A DNA stretch of 64,000 nucleotides from Chloroflexota bacterium (lineage in GTDB: Bacteria > Chloroflexota > Dehalococcoidia > JACPPT01): contig JACPPT010000058.1 in NCBI GenBank assembly GCA_016190815.1, forward strand, positions 2,826 to 66,825, given 5' to 3'. Position numbers and translations under genes: made by a program. Below the pieces are notes generated by a model, which searched no databases, was not told the DNA's origin, and was given only the letters and a program-made list of their open reading frames with translations. Positions 26,825 to 36,770 of the stretch are shown here, piece after piece (within the stretch, counting starts at the first letter, position 1; every line of letters begins with the position of its first letter).

Positions 26825-28159
26825 CTATTTCCCTGGGGATGCAGCCCTCAAAAGCTCCGCAAGGCGCTCAACACCTGGCATGTCCTCCAGGTTCTGGATG
26901 GTCTCCAGAAGGCTTCTTGCCCTTCTTGTGCCCAGAGCCTTCCTTGCAGAGGAGAGGAATTTTTGCTCTATCTCCGCATTGGAGAGGGGATTTTCCACGT
27001 TTCCTTTGGCGAACTCTTTGCTCATTTCATAGTGCTTCTTATCCTTCGTCTCCACTCGAACGATATTGGGGTATCTGGCTGGATACCTGGCGTCTAGCCT
27101 TGGGTTCACCACCAACTTCACCTTTTTGGCCTGTCTCAGTATCTTTGCGTCTGCAAGCCTATCGTCCGCCATCTCTTCTGCCCCGAGCTTCCCTTCTGCC
27201 AGAACAGCACCAAGGAGGAAAGGATAGCTGTACTGGGCCTGTTCTATGGTTATGGGCCTCTTGCTGTTGAGCTTTCCTGCCCGAGTGTGGGTCTCCACAA
27301 CTACCTGTGATATGTCCTCTGAGGTCAGGGAGTGTTTCTGTATAATCTCCAGGAGAGCATCGATGGCGTTGTGGGTCAGGCGGCAGGCAGGATAGGGCTT
27401 CACATAGAAGTTCAGTGTCTCATAGGTCTTGCCCAGGGTTTCCAGCATGGACACGTCAACGTCAGGGTCGTCGAACACTGTTTTTGGTGCATAAAACCCT
27501 CTTTTTGCCAGGAGGGCGGCCGTAACGCCGGTCATAGCCCCCCAGCCGATACATTCCTTGGTCATACAGCCTGTGGTGGTGATGACCCATACTTCGGCCA
27601 GGGGTGAGTGGGTATCGGAGATTCCCAGCGCGTTGGTCATCTCTTCTCTGTTCAGGCCAAGGATTTTCCCTGCGGCCGCCGCTGCACCGTAGGCACCCCC
27701 TGCCCCCGTGGCGCGGTGTATTGGCTGTTTTTCTCTGGGGCGCCAGAGCTTATGTGCCCTTGTGGCCACCTCGTACCCAGCCACTACCGCCTCGATAAGA
27801 CCTTTGCCCGAGGCCTTCTGACTCTCGGCCATGGCCAGAGCGCCTGGAATGACTACTGCTCCTGCATGGGAGCCCACCCAGTGGCCGTCGTCCCAGTCCA
27901 GGACGCTGGCTGCTATGCTGTTAGCAAATGAAGCTGTGGGAGCAGGCACCTTGATGTGTGTTCCGAATAGGGTGGATTCCTCTACCCCTCTCATGGATGC
28001 GGCCAACTCACGGGCTATGCTTGCGGTCCTGGTCTCCAGGCCGGCTAGCATCACGCCCAGGGTATCTATTATTCCCACCTTGGCCCTGGCGACAACGCTG
28101 GCCGGCAGCTTTTGAAAGGTGGTGTTGACTGCGAAACTGGCTACACTACAAGTATCCAT
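26825..28159 (-). CDS. MmgE/PrpD-family protein, paralogue 2
   Basis: 444 aa; FANSIAASVLDWDDG, CMTKECIGWG. Confidence 0.85.
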   Translation of the reverse strand: MDTCSVASFAVNTTFQKLPASVVARAKVGIIDTLGVMLAGLETRTASIARELAASMRGVEESTLFGTHIKVPAPTASFANSIAASVLDWDDGHWVGSHAGAVVIPGALAMAESQKASGKGLIEAVVAGYEVATRAHKLWRPREKQPIHRATGAGGAYGAAAAAGKILGLNREEMTNALGISDTHSPLAEVWVITTTGCMTKECIGWGAMTGVTAALLAKRGFYAPKTVFDDPDVDVSMLETLGKTYETLNFYVKPYPACRLTHNAIDALLEIIQKHSLTSEDISQVVVETHTRAGKLNSKRPITIEQAQYSYPFLLGAVLAEGKLGAEEMADDRLADAKILRQAKKVKLVVNPRLDARYPARYPNIVRVETKDKKHYEMSKEFAKGNVENPLSNAEIEQKFLSSARKALGTRRARSLLETIQNLEDMPGVERLAELLRAASPGK

Positions 28160-28194
28160 AACATTCCTTTACATAACATAAAAATTAAATATTC

Positions 28195-29538
28195 TTATGC
28201 TGTGATGCGCAGCATTTCTGAGATGACCCCTGTTAGCTCGCTGACCCTGGGCAGGCTTTCAAGATTATCAATGGCTGCCTCCAGTTTCTTTGCCCCTGTT
28301 TCTCCCAGTTTCCTTGAGGCAAGGCTTCTGAATTTGGCCCTGAGCTCTTCCTGGGGGAGTGGATTCAGCCTGTCCCCACTGGGGTAATCCTTGCGCATCT
28401 CATACATCTTCCCCTCCCGGGTCTCTACCTTGAGAATGTTGGCAAATATCCCCTGGGGTGGAAACAGGGGGTCCAGGACAGGGTTGTTCGCCAGGGAAAC
28501 CTTATCTACCTCTCTTAAGATTGCCGGGTCAGAGAGCCTGCCATCTGCCATCTGTTCGGCACCACATCTTCCCTCGGCCAGGGCGGCCCCGAGGACAAAG
28601 GGATAACTATACTGAGCTTGCTCTATTGTTACTGGCCTCTTGCTATTAAGGAGAGTGCCCGTCTTGTGGGTCTCTACGATTACTCTTGATATATCCTTTG
28701 AGGTGAGGGAGTGCTCCTTCATAATCTCCAGAAGGATATCTACGGCCGAGTGGGTCAGCCTGCACGCTGCATAAGGCTTGAAGTAGAGGTTCATAATCTC
28801 GTAGGTTTTGCCCAGGGTTTCCAGCATCGCCCCATCGGCCTGCTGGTCTTCTAATATAGTCATGGATCCCGTGAAGCCTTTCCTTGCCAAAAGCGCTGCC
28901 AGAATCCCGGTATGACCTCCCCAGCCTATGCACTCTTTGGTCATGGGGCCTGTAGCTGGAATGACCCACGCCTCGGCTATAGGTGCATGGGCCGCAGCAA
29001 TGGAAAGGGCATTGAAAACGCCTTCCTCGTCCAGCCCGAGAATCTTAGACGCAGCCGCTGCCACTCCATAGGAGCCTGGCGCGCCGGCCCCGTGTTGAGC
29101 AGGGTGTTTGGGGGATGTGCGAAACATCCAGTTAGCCCTTATTTGCACCTCGTAGCCAGCCACCACAGCCTCGAGGAACCTCTTGCCAGTGGCGTTTTCT
29201 CGCTCGCCGATGGCCAGGGCTGCTGGAATTAGTACGGCGCCGGGGTGTCCACCCTTATGGTGGCCGTCGTCTATGTCCAGGACGCTGGCAGCAACGCAGT
29301 TGGCGAAGGCAGCAGATGCACAGGGGACCTTGAGGCCTGTCCCCCAGAGAGCGGATTCTCTCCCCTCGCCCATCTCCGCGGCTGCCTGCCTTGCTATTTG
29401 GGCCGTTTTGGTGTCCAGGCCAGCCAGGGCTGATCCAAGGACGTCCATGACGCAGGTCTTGGCCCGCAAGAGAACACCATCCGGCCATTTCTCCGCAGCG
29501 GTTTCTACAACAAAACCGGCTACCCTTCGGCTGTTCAT
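28195..29538 (-). CDS. MmgE/PrpD-family protein, paralogue 3
   Basis: 447 aa; FANCVAASVLDIDDG, KILGLDEEGVFNALSIA, ATGPMTKECIGWGG. Confidence 0.85.
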   Translation of the reverse strand: MNSRRVAGFVVETAAEKWPDGVLLRAKTCVMDVLGSALAGLDTKTAQIARQAAAEMGEGRESALWGTGLKVPCASAAFANCVAASVLDIDDGHHKGGHPGAVLIPAALAIGERENATGKRFLEAVVAGYEVQIRANWMFRTSPKHPAQHGAGAPGSYGVAAAASKILGLDEEGVFNALSIAAAHAPIAEAWVIPATGPMTKECIGWGGHTGILAALLARKGFTGSMTILEDQQADGAMLETLGKTYEIMNLYFKPYAACRLTHSAVDILLEIMKEHSLTSKDISRVIVETHKTGTLLNSKRPVTIEQAQYSYPFVLGAALAEGRCGAEQMADGRLSDPAILREVDKVSLANNPVLDPLFPPQGIFANILKVETREGKMYEMRKDYPSGDRLNPLPQEELRAKFRSLASRKLGETGAKKLEAAIDNLESLPRVSELTGVISEMLRITA

Positions 29539-29570
29539 TCTATTTCCTCCGTTCCCATTGGTTTCGGCGG

Positions 29571-30914
29571 CTAGCTTTTCAAAAGCTCAATGAGGAGGTT
29601 CACCTTTGGTAATTTCTCCAGGTGCTCCAGAGACTCGTTGATCCTCTGGGCGCTGTCCTTGCTCACACTCATCCGTTGGAGTGCACCGTCCAGCTTTGCC
29701 TTTACATCCTTTTCTGGGAGGGGGTTCCTGGGGTCCCCCCTGCCTATGTCTTTCCTTAGCTGGTATTTATTTCCGTCCTTTGTCTCCACAGTTACACTGT
29801 TGGGGTAGAGATTGGGATAGATACCGTCAAATGCTGGAACGTGGACAACAACCACCTTGTCGGCAAGTTGCAGTATTCTGGGGTCTGTGAGTCTCGAATC
29901 GGCAATTTGTTGTGGCCCTACGGCTCCTTCGAGGAGGGCTGCTGCCATACAGAAGGGATAGCTATACTGTGCCTGCTCTATAGTCGTGGGCCTTGTGCTG
30001 TTTAGCGGCGCCGCCCCCCGGTGGGTTTCCACCACAATCCTTGAGACGTTTTCCGCTTTGAGGGAGTGCTTCTTTCTTAACTCTAGAATGGCGTCAATGC
30101 CCGAGTGAGTAACCCGGCAGGCGGCGTAGGGTTTAAAGTAGGTATTTAGAATTTCATAGGTCTTGCCGAACGTTTCCAGGCAGCTCTTATCTGTCTTCTC
30201 TTCGTCATAGATGGTGAGGGAGCCGGTGAACCCTCTTCTGGCCAGGAGGGCTGAGACAACCCCTGTGAACCCGCCCCAGCCTATAGCCTCTTTGGTCATT
30301 GCTCCCGTGGTGGGCAGCTTGGAGCTATCAGACGTGGGCGCGTGGGCTCCTGCTATGCTGATGGCGTTGAATATGCCGTTCTCGTTCAGACCCAGGACCT
30401 TGGCGCATGCTGTTGCTGCACCGTAGGTTCCTGCTGCGCCTGCGCCGTGGGGAACGCGCCCCCCCGATGGGAGAGGATGATTTGGTGATGCTCGGAACAG
30501 AAGGCCTGCCCTTGTGGCAAGCTCATACCCAGCTACGACCGCTTCGAGGAGGGTTTTTCCTGGCGCTTCCGCGAACTCAGAAACGGCCAGGGCGGCTGGA
30601 ATTATAGGTGCTGCGGGATGAAGGCCTGACCTCGAGTGGCCATCGTCCCAGTCCAGGTCGCTGGCGGCGATGCTGTTAGCAAAGGCGGCGGCTGCACATG
30701 AGATTTTGTCCCTTGTTCCGAAGAGGGTGGCCTCTTTTCTGCTGCCGAACTCCTTTGCTGTTTCTCGGGCCATTTGTGCAGCGCTGGTGTCCAGGCCAGA
30801 CAGCATTGTACCGAGGACGTCCCAGACATGGAGCTTGGCCCTCTCCACGACCTCTTTGGGCAGGGTCTCCAGGCTGGTTTTGGCGGCAAAACTTGCTGCC
30901 CTATGAGTATCCAT
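29571..30914 (-). CDS. MmgE/PrpD-family protein, paralogue 4
   Basis: 447 aa; FANSIAASDLDWDDG, AMTKEAIGWGG. Confidence 0.85.
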   Translation of the reverse strand: MDTHRAASFAAKTSLETLPKEVVERAKLHVWDVLGTMLSGLDTSAAQMARETAKEFGSRKEATLFGTRDKISCAAAAFANSIAASDLDWDDGHSRSGLHPAAPIIPAALAVSEFAEAPGKTLLEAVVAGYELATRAGLLFRASPNHPLPSGGRVPHGAGAAGTYGAATACAKVLGLNENGIFNAISIAGAHAPTSDSSKLPTTGAMTKEAIGWGGFTGVVSALLARRGFTGSLTIYDEEKTDKSCLETFGKTYEILNTYFKPYAACRVTHSGIDAILELRKKHSLKAENVSRIVVETHRGAAPLNSTRPTTIEQAQYSYPFCMAAALLEGAVGPQQIADSRLTDPRILQLADKVVVVHVPAFDGIYPNLYPNSVTVETKDGNKYQLRKDIGRGDPRNPLPEKDVKAKLDGALQRMSVSKDSAQRINESLEHLEKLPKVNLLIELLKS

Positions 30915-31022
30915 GCTCCTCCTCCCCGCGAGCTCTCTTTGTCTGCTCGCTTGTGTGAATTAATAACGAGTTCAAATTTTCTTTAGCTCCGTTTGCCGCT
31001 ATGAGAGGCAAACTTCTTAGCG

Positions 31023-32387
31023 TTACCCCTTGGGAAGCGCTACCGGGGCATGTTTTTTGGTGCTCAGTATTAGCAGGTCTATGAGAGGTCCAACGTTTGT
31101 AAGCGTCTCCAGACGGTCTATACTTTTGGAAAGTATCCCTGTGCTCTCTTCGCCTATTTCATTAGTCGCTAGAGCGTAAAACTTGGCTCTAAGTTCCTCC
31201 TCGGAGAGAGGGTCTTTCACATCTCCCCTCGGTATATCCCTTCGGAGCTGGTATTTATTGCCGTCCTTTGTCTCAACCGTTACGCTGCTGGGATATTGGC
31301 CCGGGTAGAGACTGTCGAAGACAGGGTTGTGCTTGAGGACAACCTTGTCGGCCTCTCTCAAGATCTCAGGGTCAGAGAGCCTGGAGTCTTGCATCTGGCG
31401 AGGTCCTACCGCCCTTTCGGCGATGGCTGCCCCGATGACAAAGGGAAAGCTATACTGTGCCTGTTCAATGCTTACGGGTCTCCTGCTGCTGAGAAGGTTG
31501 GCCGTTTTGTGGGTTTCCACTGTAACCTTCGAGACCTTTTCCGGAGTAATTGAGTGCTTCTTTACGATTTCTAGGGCAGCGTCTATTGCAGCGTGGGTTA
31601 TTCGACACGCTGTATGGGGTTTGAAGTAGAGGTTCAGGATTTCGTAGGTCTTGCCCAGGGTTTCCAGCACGCTTCTATCGGTCTCTGTTTCATCGTAAAT
31701 AGTGAGGGAGCCCGTGAAGTGCCTTTTTGCCAGAAGGGCTGAGGCCACGCTACTGAGTCCTCCCCAGCCTATGCATTCCTTGGTCATTGGGCCGGTGGCA
31801 GTTATGATCCATGCCTCAGCTATGGGTGCATGTGCCCCAGCTATTGACAGGGCGTTGAAAACGCCTTCTTCATCAAGGCCTAAGATCTTGGCACACGCAG
31901 CCGCAGCGCCGTATGAGCCGCCTGCGCCTGAGCCATGAAGGAATGGATGTTTTGGAGAGTAGCGGAACATGTGGTTGGCTCTTATGCCAGCCTCGCAGCC
32001 AGCCACCACTGCCTCGATAAAGGTCTTCCCAGACACCTTCTCGCGCTCAGCCAGGGCCAACGCTGCGGGCACTATGACGGCGGTGGGATGAAGGCCCGAG
32101 ATGGCATGGCCGTCATCGTAGTCCAGGACGCTCGCGGCGACGCAGTTGGCGAAGGCTGCTGCTGTACATGGGGCTTTCTTGCCTGCCCCGAAAACGGTAG
32201 CTTCCTCTCTGCCACCTAGTTCCTCCAGTGCCATCTGTCGGGCGATGGTGGCCGTCTTGGTTCCAAGGCCCCCGAGCATGGTTCCAAAAACGTCCCGTAT
32301 GCAGACCTTGGCCCGGGCGACAACCTGTGGGGACAACTTCCCGAAGTTTGTCATAGCTACGAAGTTCGCTATTCTTCTTGTGGGCAT
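31023..32387 (-). CDS. MmgE/PrpD-family protein, paralogue 5
   Basis: 454 aa from ATG 32387 (MPTRRIANFVAMTNF aligns with the N-termini of the other four). The track's longer start would overlap the upstream hydratase gene. Confidence 0.85.
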   Translation of the reverse strand: MPTRRIANFVAMTNFGKLSPQVVARAKVCIRDVFGTMLGGLGTKTATIARQMALEELGGREEATVFGAGKKAPCTAAAFANCVAASVLDYDDGHAISGLHPTAVIVPAALALAEREKVSGKTFIEAVVAGCEAGIRANHMFRYSPKHPFLHGSGAGGSYGAAAACAKILGLDEEGVFNALSIAGAHAPIAEAWIITATGPMTKECIGWGGLSSVASALLAKRHFTGSLTIYDETETDRSVLETLGKTYEILNLYFKPHTACRITHAAIDAALEIVKKHSITPEKVSKVTVETHKTANLLSSRRPVSIEQAQYSFPFVIGAAIAERAVGPRQMQDSRLSDPEILREADKVVLKHNPVFDSLYPGQYPSSVTVETKDGNKYQLRRDIPRGDVKDPLSEEELRAKFYALATNEIGEESTGILSKSIDRLETLTNVGPLIDLLILSTKKHAPVALPKG

Positions 32388-32418
32388 GTTCTTCTCCTTC
32401 TTCTCTTTTAATACAGAG

Positions 32419-33189
32419 TTACCTTCCCTTAAAAACAGGCTTTCGTTTTTCGGAGAAGGCCATTGGCCCCTCCTTCGTATCCTCGGATTCATAGACTATG
32501 GCTCGCAAAGCCCAGAAGAGACGAATTGCTTGGTCAAGGGGCATGTTTGCCCCCCGAAGAGCGAGCTCCTTGGTTACCTTTACCGCCATGGGGCCGTTCT
32601 CACAGATTGCGTCTGCTATCTCCATGGCGGTGGGCATGAGCTTTGACGAAGGAACTACGCGACTCACAAGTCCTATGCGCAGAGCTTCCTTGGCGTCTAT
32701 CCTTTTGCCTGTGAGGAGGAGTTCCATGGCTGAGGCGAGGGGTATGGCTTGGACAAGCCTGAGGGCACCGTATCCGTGCAGGAGGTTCCAGCGAACCTCG
32801 GGAGCTCCGAATGAGGAGTTCTCGGAGGCTATCCGAATGTCGCAGAACGTGGCCAGTTCCAGCGCGCCTGCTAGGCAGTAGCCATTTATTGCGGCTATGA
32901 GGGGTTTTGCCACATTCAAACCCAGGTAGAACTGGTCCTGTCGCCACGGCTGCCAGAACTCATCTGGTACGTGACGGCTGTGCATCTTTTTGAGGTCGGC
33001 CCCGGCGGAGAAGGCCTTATCGCCTGCCCCTGTAACAATCCCTACGCGTATATTGGGGTCGGTGTCTATGTCGTGGAAGGCCTGGTTCAGTCCGTTGTAG
33101 ACATCCTGATCCATAGCGTTCATCACCTCCGGGCGGTTAAGGGTGATGTACGCTACGTTTCCCTTCTTCTCGTACAATACTGCGGGCAT
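32419..33189 (-). CDS. Enoyl-CoA hydratase/isomerase (crotonase) family protein
   Basis: ITLNRPEVMNAM, GAGDKAFSAGADL, INGYCLAGALELA. AAGGAGG sits 5 nt before the second ATG (33189). Confidence 0.85.
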   Translation of the reverse strand: MPAVLYEKKGNVAYITLNRPEVMNAMDQDVYNGLNQAFHDIDTDPNIRVGIVTGAGDKAFSAGADLKKMHSRHVPDEFWQPWRQDQFYLGLNVAKPLIAAINGYCLAGALELATFCDIRIASENSSFGAPEVRWNLLHGYGALRLVQAIPLASAMELLLTGKRIDAKEALRIGLVSRVVPSSKLMPTAMEIADAICENGPMAVKVTKELALRGANMPLDQAIRLFWALRAIVYESEDTKEGPMAFSEKRKPVFKGR

Positions 33190-34474
33190 CATTTCCTCCT
33201 TCAGTTTTATTAAGATTACCAGCAGGTATGGCTGCTTCGGTTCCAATAATACCACTCTGAGCAAACGACTCTATGTCCCGGGTAGGGATTCCCAGGAGCT
33301 CGCTCAGAACATACTTGTTGTGCTCTCCCAAGAGCGGAGCGGGCATCCTTATATGACAGGGCGTCCTGGAGAGCTTTACGGACACGCCATGATGGGGATA
33401 TGTCCCAACTTCAGGGTGGGTTACCTCCTCAAAAAAGCCCCTGGCCTTTATATGTGGGTCTTGGAAAAGGTCTTTACCTGTAAGGACTGCTCCAGCAGCA
33501 ACGCCAGCCTTTTGCAGGAGATTCATTACGTAGTACTTATCATGCCGGGATGTCCATTGGTTTACCTTCTCATTGAGGATGTCCTGGTTCTTGTAACGGC
33601 TGTGGGAATCGACGAAGCGGGTATCATTTATAAGCTCTGGCATGTCCATACACTTACAAAGGGCTTGCCACTCCTCATCTGAGGAGGCAGCAATGGCAAC
33701 CCATGAATCCTCGCCCGAGCATCGATAGGCTCCATGGGGTGCCATAAAAGAATGGCGGTTGCCCCCCCGCTTCGGAGCCCTTTTGTTCATCGAGTAGTCC
33801 AGGATGGCCTCCCCGATGAAGCGGGTGAGGGTTTCATACTGGGCCAGGTCTATGTGCTGGCCCTTCCCCGTCCTTTTTCTATATTCCAGGGCAGCCATGA
33901 CGGCGAAAGCGGCGTGGAAGGCTGCGACGGGGTCAGCGTAAGGTATGCCTGTTCTTGTGGGTGAGCCATCCTTGTATCCTGTGAGACTGGAAAGGCCAGA
34001 CATCGGCTCAATGTTGGCTCCGTATGCCACGTAGTCTCGGTAAGGCCCATTTGCTCCAAAGCCTGAAAGAGAGATCATGATTATGTCTGGTTTTACCTGC
34101 CTCAAGACGGCGTAGTCGAGGCCAAAGTTCTTCATGACCCTGGGGCTATAGTTTTCTATGACTACATCGCTAATTCTTACCAGGTCTTTGAATATCTTTA
34201 CGCCTTGTGGTGTGTTGAGCTCCAGGGTAACGCAGAATTTGTTCCGGTTTATATCTTGATAGAAGCCCCCGCGGTCGTAGGGCCGCTCGCCTCTTATTCC
34301 ATTTGGGAGCGCACCGAACCTTGTCTGGTCTATGTGCACCCTCGATTCTACCTTTATGACCTCGGCTCCCATATCCGCTAGAAACTGGGCAGCCAGGGGC
34401 CCGGCCCAGACCCAGGAGACATCCAGGATTCGCAGGTCTGCCAGGGGCAATTTGCTCGCCTGTTTTCTCTCCAT
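33137..34474 (-). CDS. Family III (CaiB/BaiF) CoA-transferase with C-terminal extension
   Basis: ILDVSWVWAGPLAAQFLADMGAEVIKVE N-terminus. Runs 35 aa beyond the ...GII end shared with its two paralogues and overlaps the hydratase start by 53 nt. Confidence 0.85.
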   Translation of the reverse strand: MERKQASKLPLADLRILDVSWVWAGPLAAQFLADMGAEVIKVESRVHIDQTRFGALPNGIRGERPYDRGGFYQDINRNKFCVTLELNTPQGVKIFKDLVRISDVVIENYSPRVMKNFGLDYAVLRQVKPDIIMISLSGFGANGPYRDYVAYGANIEPMSGLSSLTGYKDGSPTRTGIPYADPVAAFHAAFAVMAALEYRKRTGKGQHIDLAQYETLTRFIGEAILDYSMNKRAPKRGGNRHSFMAPHGAYRCSGEDSWVAIAASSDEEWQALCKCMDMPELINDTRFVDSHSRYKNQDILNEKVNQWTSRHDKYYVMNLLQKAGVAAGAVLTGKDLFQDPHIKARGFFEEVTHPEVGTYPHHGVSVKLSRTPCHIRMPAPLLGEHNKYVLSELLGIPTRDIESFAQSGIIGTEAAIPAGNLNKTEGGNDARSIVREEGKRSVHHP

Positions 34475-34476
34475 TT

Positions 34477-35682
34477 TTAGATAATACCCATCTCCTTTAG
34501 CTTCACCAGTTCCTTTTTGGAGTATCCCAGACGCCCGCAGTATATTTCCTCGTTGTGCTCTCCCAGAAGAGGGGCTCGCCTGAGCTCAGCAGGAGTCTCG
34601 CTCATACGGAAGGCAGCGCTGGGGTATTTCACCCTTCCTGCTTCTGGATGCTCTAGCTCAATGAAAAACTTTCTGGCGGCGAACTGTTCGTTGTTGAGAA
34701 GCTCGTCAACGCCAAGGACCGGCCCAATGGGTATCCGTCGTGTTTGAGCACCGTGAAATACCTCTTCCTTTGGCTGGCTCTTGAACCAGGGGGTCATTAT
34801 TTTCTCTAGGTCGCCCCCGTGCGCTGGAACCTTGAACCAGTCATTGAATCTGGGGTCGTCTGGGAGCTCCGGCATGCCGATGAACTCACAGAAGGAGACA
34901 AACTGGTGCTCCCGAAGGATGCTAGTGCTGATGTAGCCGTCTTTACACTCGTAGATGCCCACCAGGGGGCCGAACCTGGCATCCCGGTTGTCTGCCCGGG
35001 GCCTTATCGTGCCCTGATAGGCGTACATAAGGGCGGTGGTCTCGATAATGGCAAGGAGGGTTTCTTGTATTGAGATGTCAACATGCTGTCCAGATCCCAG
35101 CAGGTCTCGGCTGTGAAGAGCGACCAGGGTCGCGAAGGCGGCGTTGGTTCCTGCGAGGTACTGGGCCTGGGTACCCCATGCCTTTAGTGGCTCTCTGTGG
35201 GGCGACCCGAAAGTATACATTAGCCCGCCAAGGGCGTATTCCACAACCTCTGCGGCCTTGTAATCTCTGTAGGGGCCATCCTTACCAAAGTTAGATATAG
35301 AGGTCATAACCAGCTCGGGCTTCACCTTAGAAAGGGTCTCGTAGTCCAGCCGCAGGTTGGGCATAGCACTTGGCTTGAAGTTCTCAACCAGCGCATCAGT
35401 CTCTTGAAGGAGCTCGTGGAAGATCCTTCGCCCGGTTTCACTCTTGAGATTGAGAGTTATGCTCTTCTTGTTAGTGTTAAGGTAAAGGAATAGAGCGCTT
35501 TTCTCCTGGTGAGGCATGTCCCCGGGGAAGGGGCCTTTTTTGCGGGCTGGGTCGCCAGGGACTGGCCTTTCGACTTTTACCACTTCGGCCCCCAACTCTG
35601 CTAGAAGCTTGGTGCAGTAAGGGCCGGCAACGTGGTGGCTAAGGTCTAAGATATTAATGTGACTTAAAGCCTGCCCAGACAA
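34477..35682 (-). CDS. Family III (CaiB/BaiF) CoA-transferase
   Basis: ILDLSHHVAGPYCTKLLAELGAEVVKVE; 401 aa; ends ...LKEMGII. Confidence 0.85.
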   Translation of the reverse strand: MSGQALSHINILDLSHHVAGPYCTKLLAELGAEVVKVERPVPGDPARKKGPFPGDMPHQEKSALFLYLNTNKKSITLNLKSETGRRIFHELLQETDALVENFKPSAMPNLRLDYETLSKVKPELVMTSISNFGKDGPYRDYKAAEVVEYALGGLMYTFGSPHREPLKAWGTQAQYLAGTNAAFATLVALHSRDLLGSGQHVDISIQETLLAIIETTALMYAYQGTIRPRADNRDARFGPLVGIYECKDGYISTSILREHQFVSFCEFIGMPELPDDPRFNDWFKVPAHGGDLEKIMTPWFKSQPKEEVFHGAQTRRIPIGPVLGVDELLNNEQFAARKFFIELEHPEAGRVKYPSAAFRMSETPAELRRAPLLGEHNEEIYCGRLGYSKKELVKLKEMGII

Positions 35683-35778
35683 TGAGACCTCCCGCCGATA
35701 TCAAGCTATGGGGGAAATTGGCCTAAATTATAGCACAACTGTCTACTGTTGGATGGGCAACGCACTGATGACAGCTCG

Positions 35779-36594
35779 TCATCGAGAACGAGGTGCAGGT
35801 GCCTGTACTCTTTGCGTCTTCAAGGTCAGGGCAACTATAGCAGAAAGCGCAACGATGAGCACGATCAGGGAAATGACCTGCGCTTGCTGTAGCCCCAAAA
35901 GCGTGATGTCTTCTCGCCTTACGAAGGTTAGAGTGAAGCGTCCCAGAGCGTAAACTGAGGCGTAGGTCAGGAATAGAAGCCCGTCAGACTTTGGCTGTTT
36001 TCGCCAAGCCCACAGGCCAGCGAAGAGAGCCGCATCCCATAGTATCTCGTAAAGGGGATATGGGTGGGTGGGCACGCCAAAGAACTCGGGGGGTATCAGA
36101 GATCCCGGGTTAACGTAGACGAAAGCCCAGGGTAGTGAGGTGGGGCCACCATAGGCATCCCCGTTCACAATGCATCCCAGTCGCCCGATCATCTGGCCGG
36201 CTAGAATGCTCACCGCCGCTACATCCGCTGTCCGAGCAATTGGGAGACCGACCCGCCAGGCGTATATAATGCCTGTAAGCCCGCCTACAAGGATGCCTCC
36301 CCATATGGCCAGCCCCCCCTGATAGACAGCCAGGATTTGTGCCGGATTCTCTAAATAATAGCTCAGCTTGTCCACCACATGGAAAAGCCTTGCGCCTATT
36401 AGGCCGACCAGCACAGACCATATAGCGAGAGACATCATCTTGTCCTGATTAAGCCCTTTTCGCCTGGACTCGCGGAGGGCAAGCCATATGGCAACGACAA
36501 TGCCCCCCGTTACGGCCAGGGTATACCAGTGTAGGCCAAAGGGCCCTACGTGTAGTATGATGGGATCAACGTTAATGGTTATGGATCTCAGCAT
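35779..36594 (-). CDS. lgt: Prolipoprotein diacylglyceryl transferase
   Basis: 271-aa polytopic protein with GARLFHV, QGGLAIWGGILVG and the Lgt-like layout. Confidence 0.85.
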   Translation of the reverse strand: MLRSITINVDPIILHVGPFGLHWYTLAVTGGIVVAIWLALRESRRKGLNQDKMMSLAIWSVLVGLIGARLFHVVDKLSYYLENPAQILAVYQGGLAIWGGILVGGLTGIIYAWRVGLPIARTADVAAVSILAGQMIGRLGCIVNGDAYGGPTSLPWAFVYVNPGSLIPPEFFGVPTHPYPLYEILWDAALFAGLWAWRKQPKSDGLLFLTYASVYALGRFTLTFVRREDITLLGLQQAQVISLIVLIVALSAIVALTLKTQRVQAPAPRSR

Positions 36595-36770
36595 GAATTG
36601 CCTCCGATGGATAGTTCAAAAGACTAGAGCATTGCTCTTTTCTTATCAGGATGTCTTTCACATTATATAGATAACCCTGCAAAAGTAAAGCGATGTTGCT
36701 CTACTCTCGTGAAACAGCGTATTTTAGATGCTAGGCACTTGCCTTTTCTTTAGGGCATACAGCGATGTAA

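Noticed and set aside
32388-32492. 35-residue N-terminal extension of PrpD paralogue 5
   Set aside because: The extension overlaps the 3' end of the crotonase gene. The other four paralogues align from the internal Met (MPTRRIANF...).
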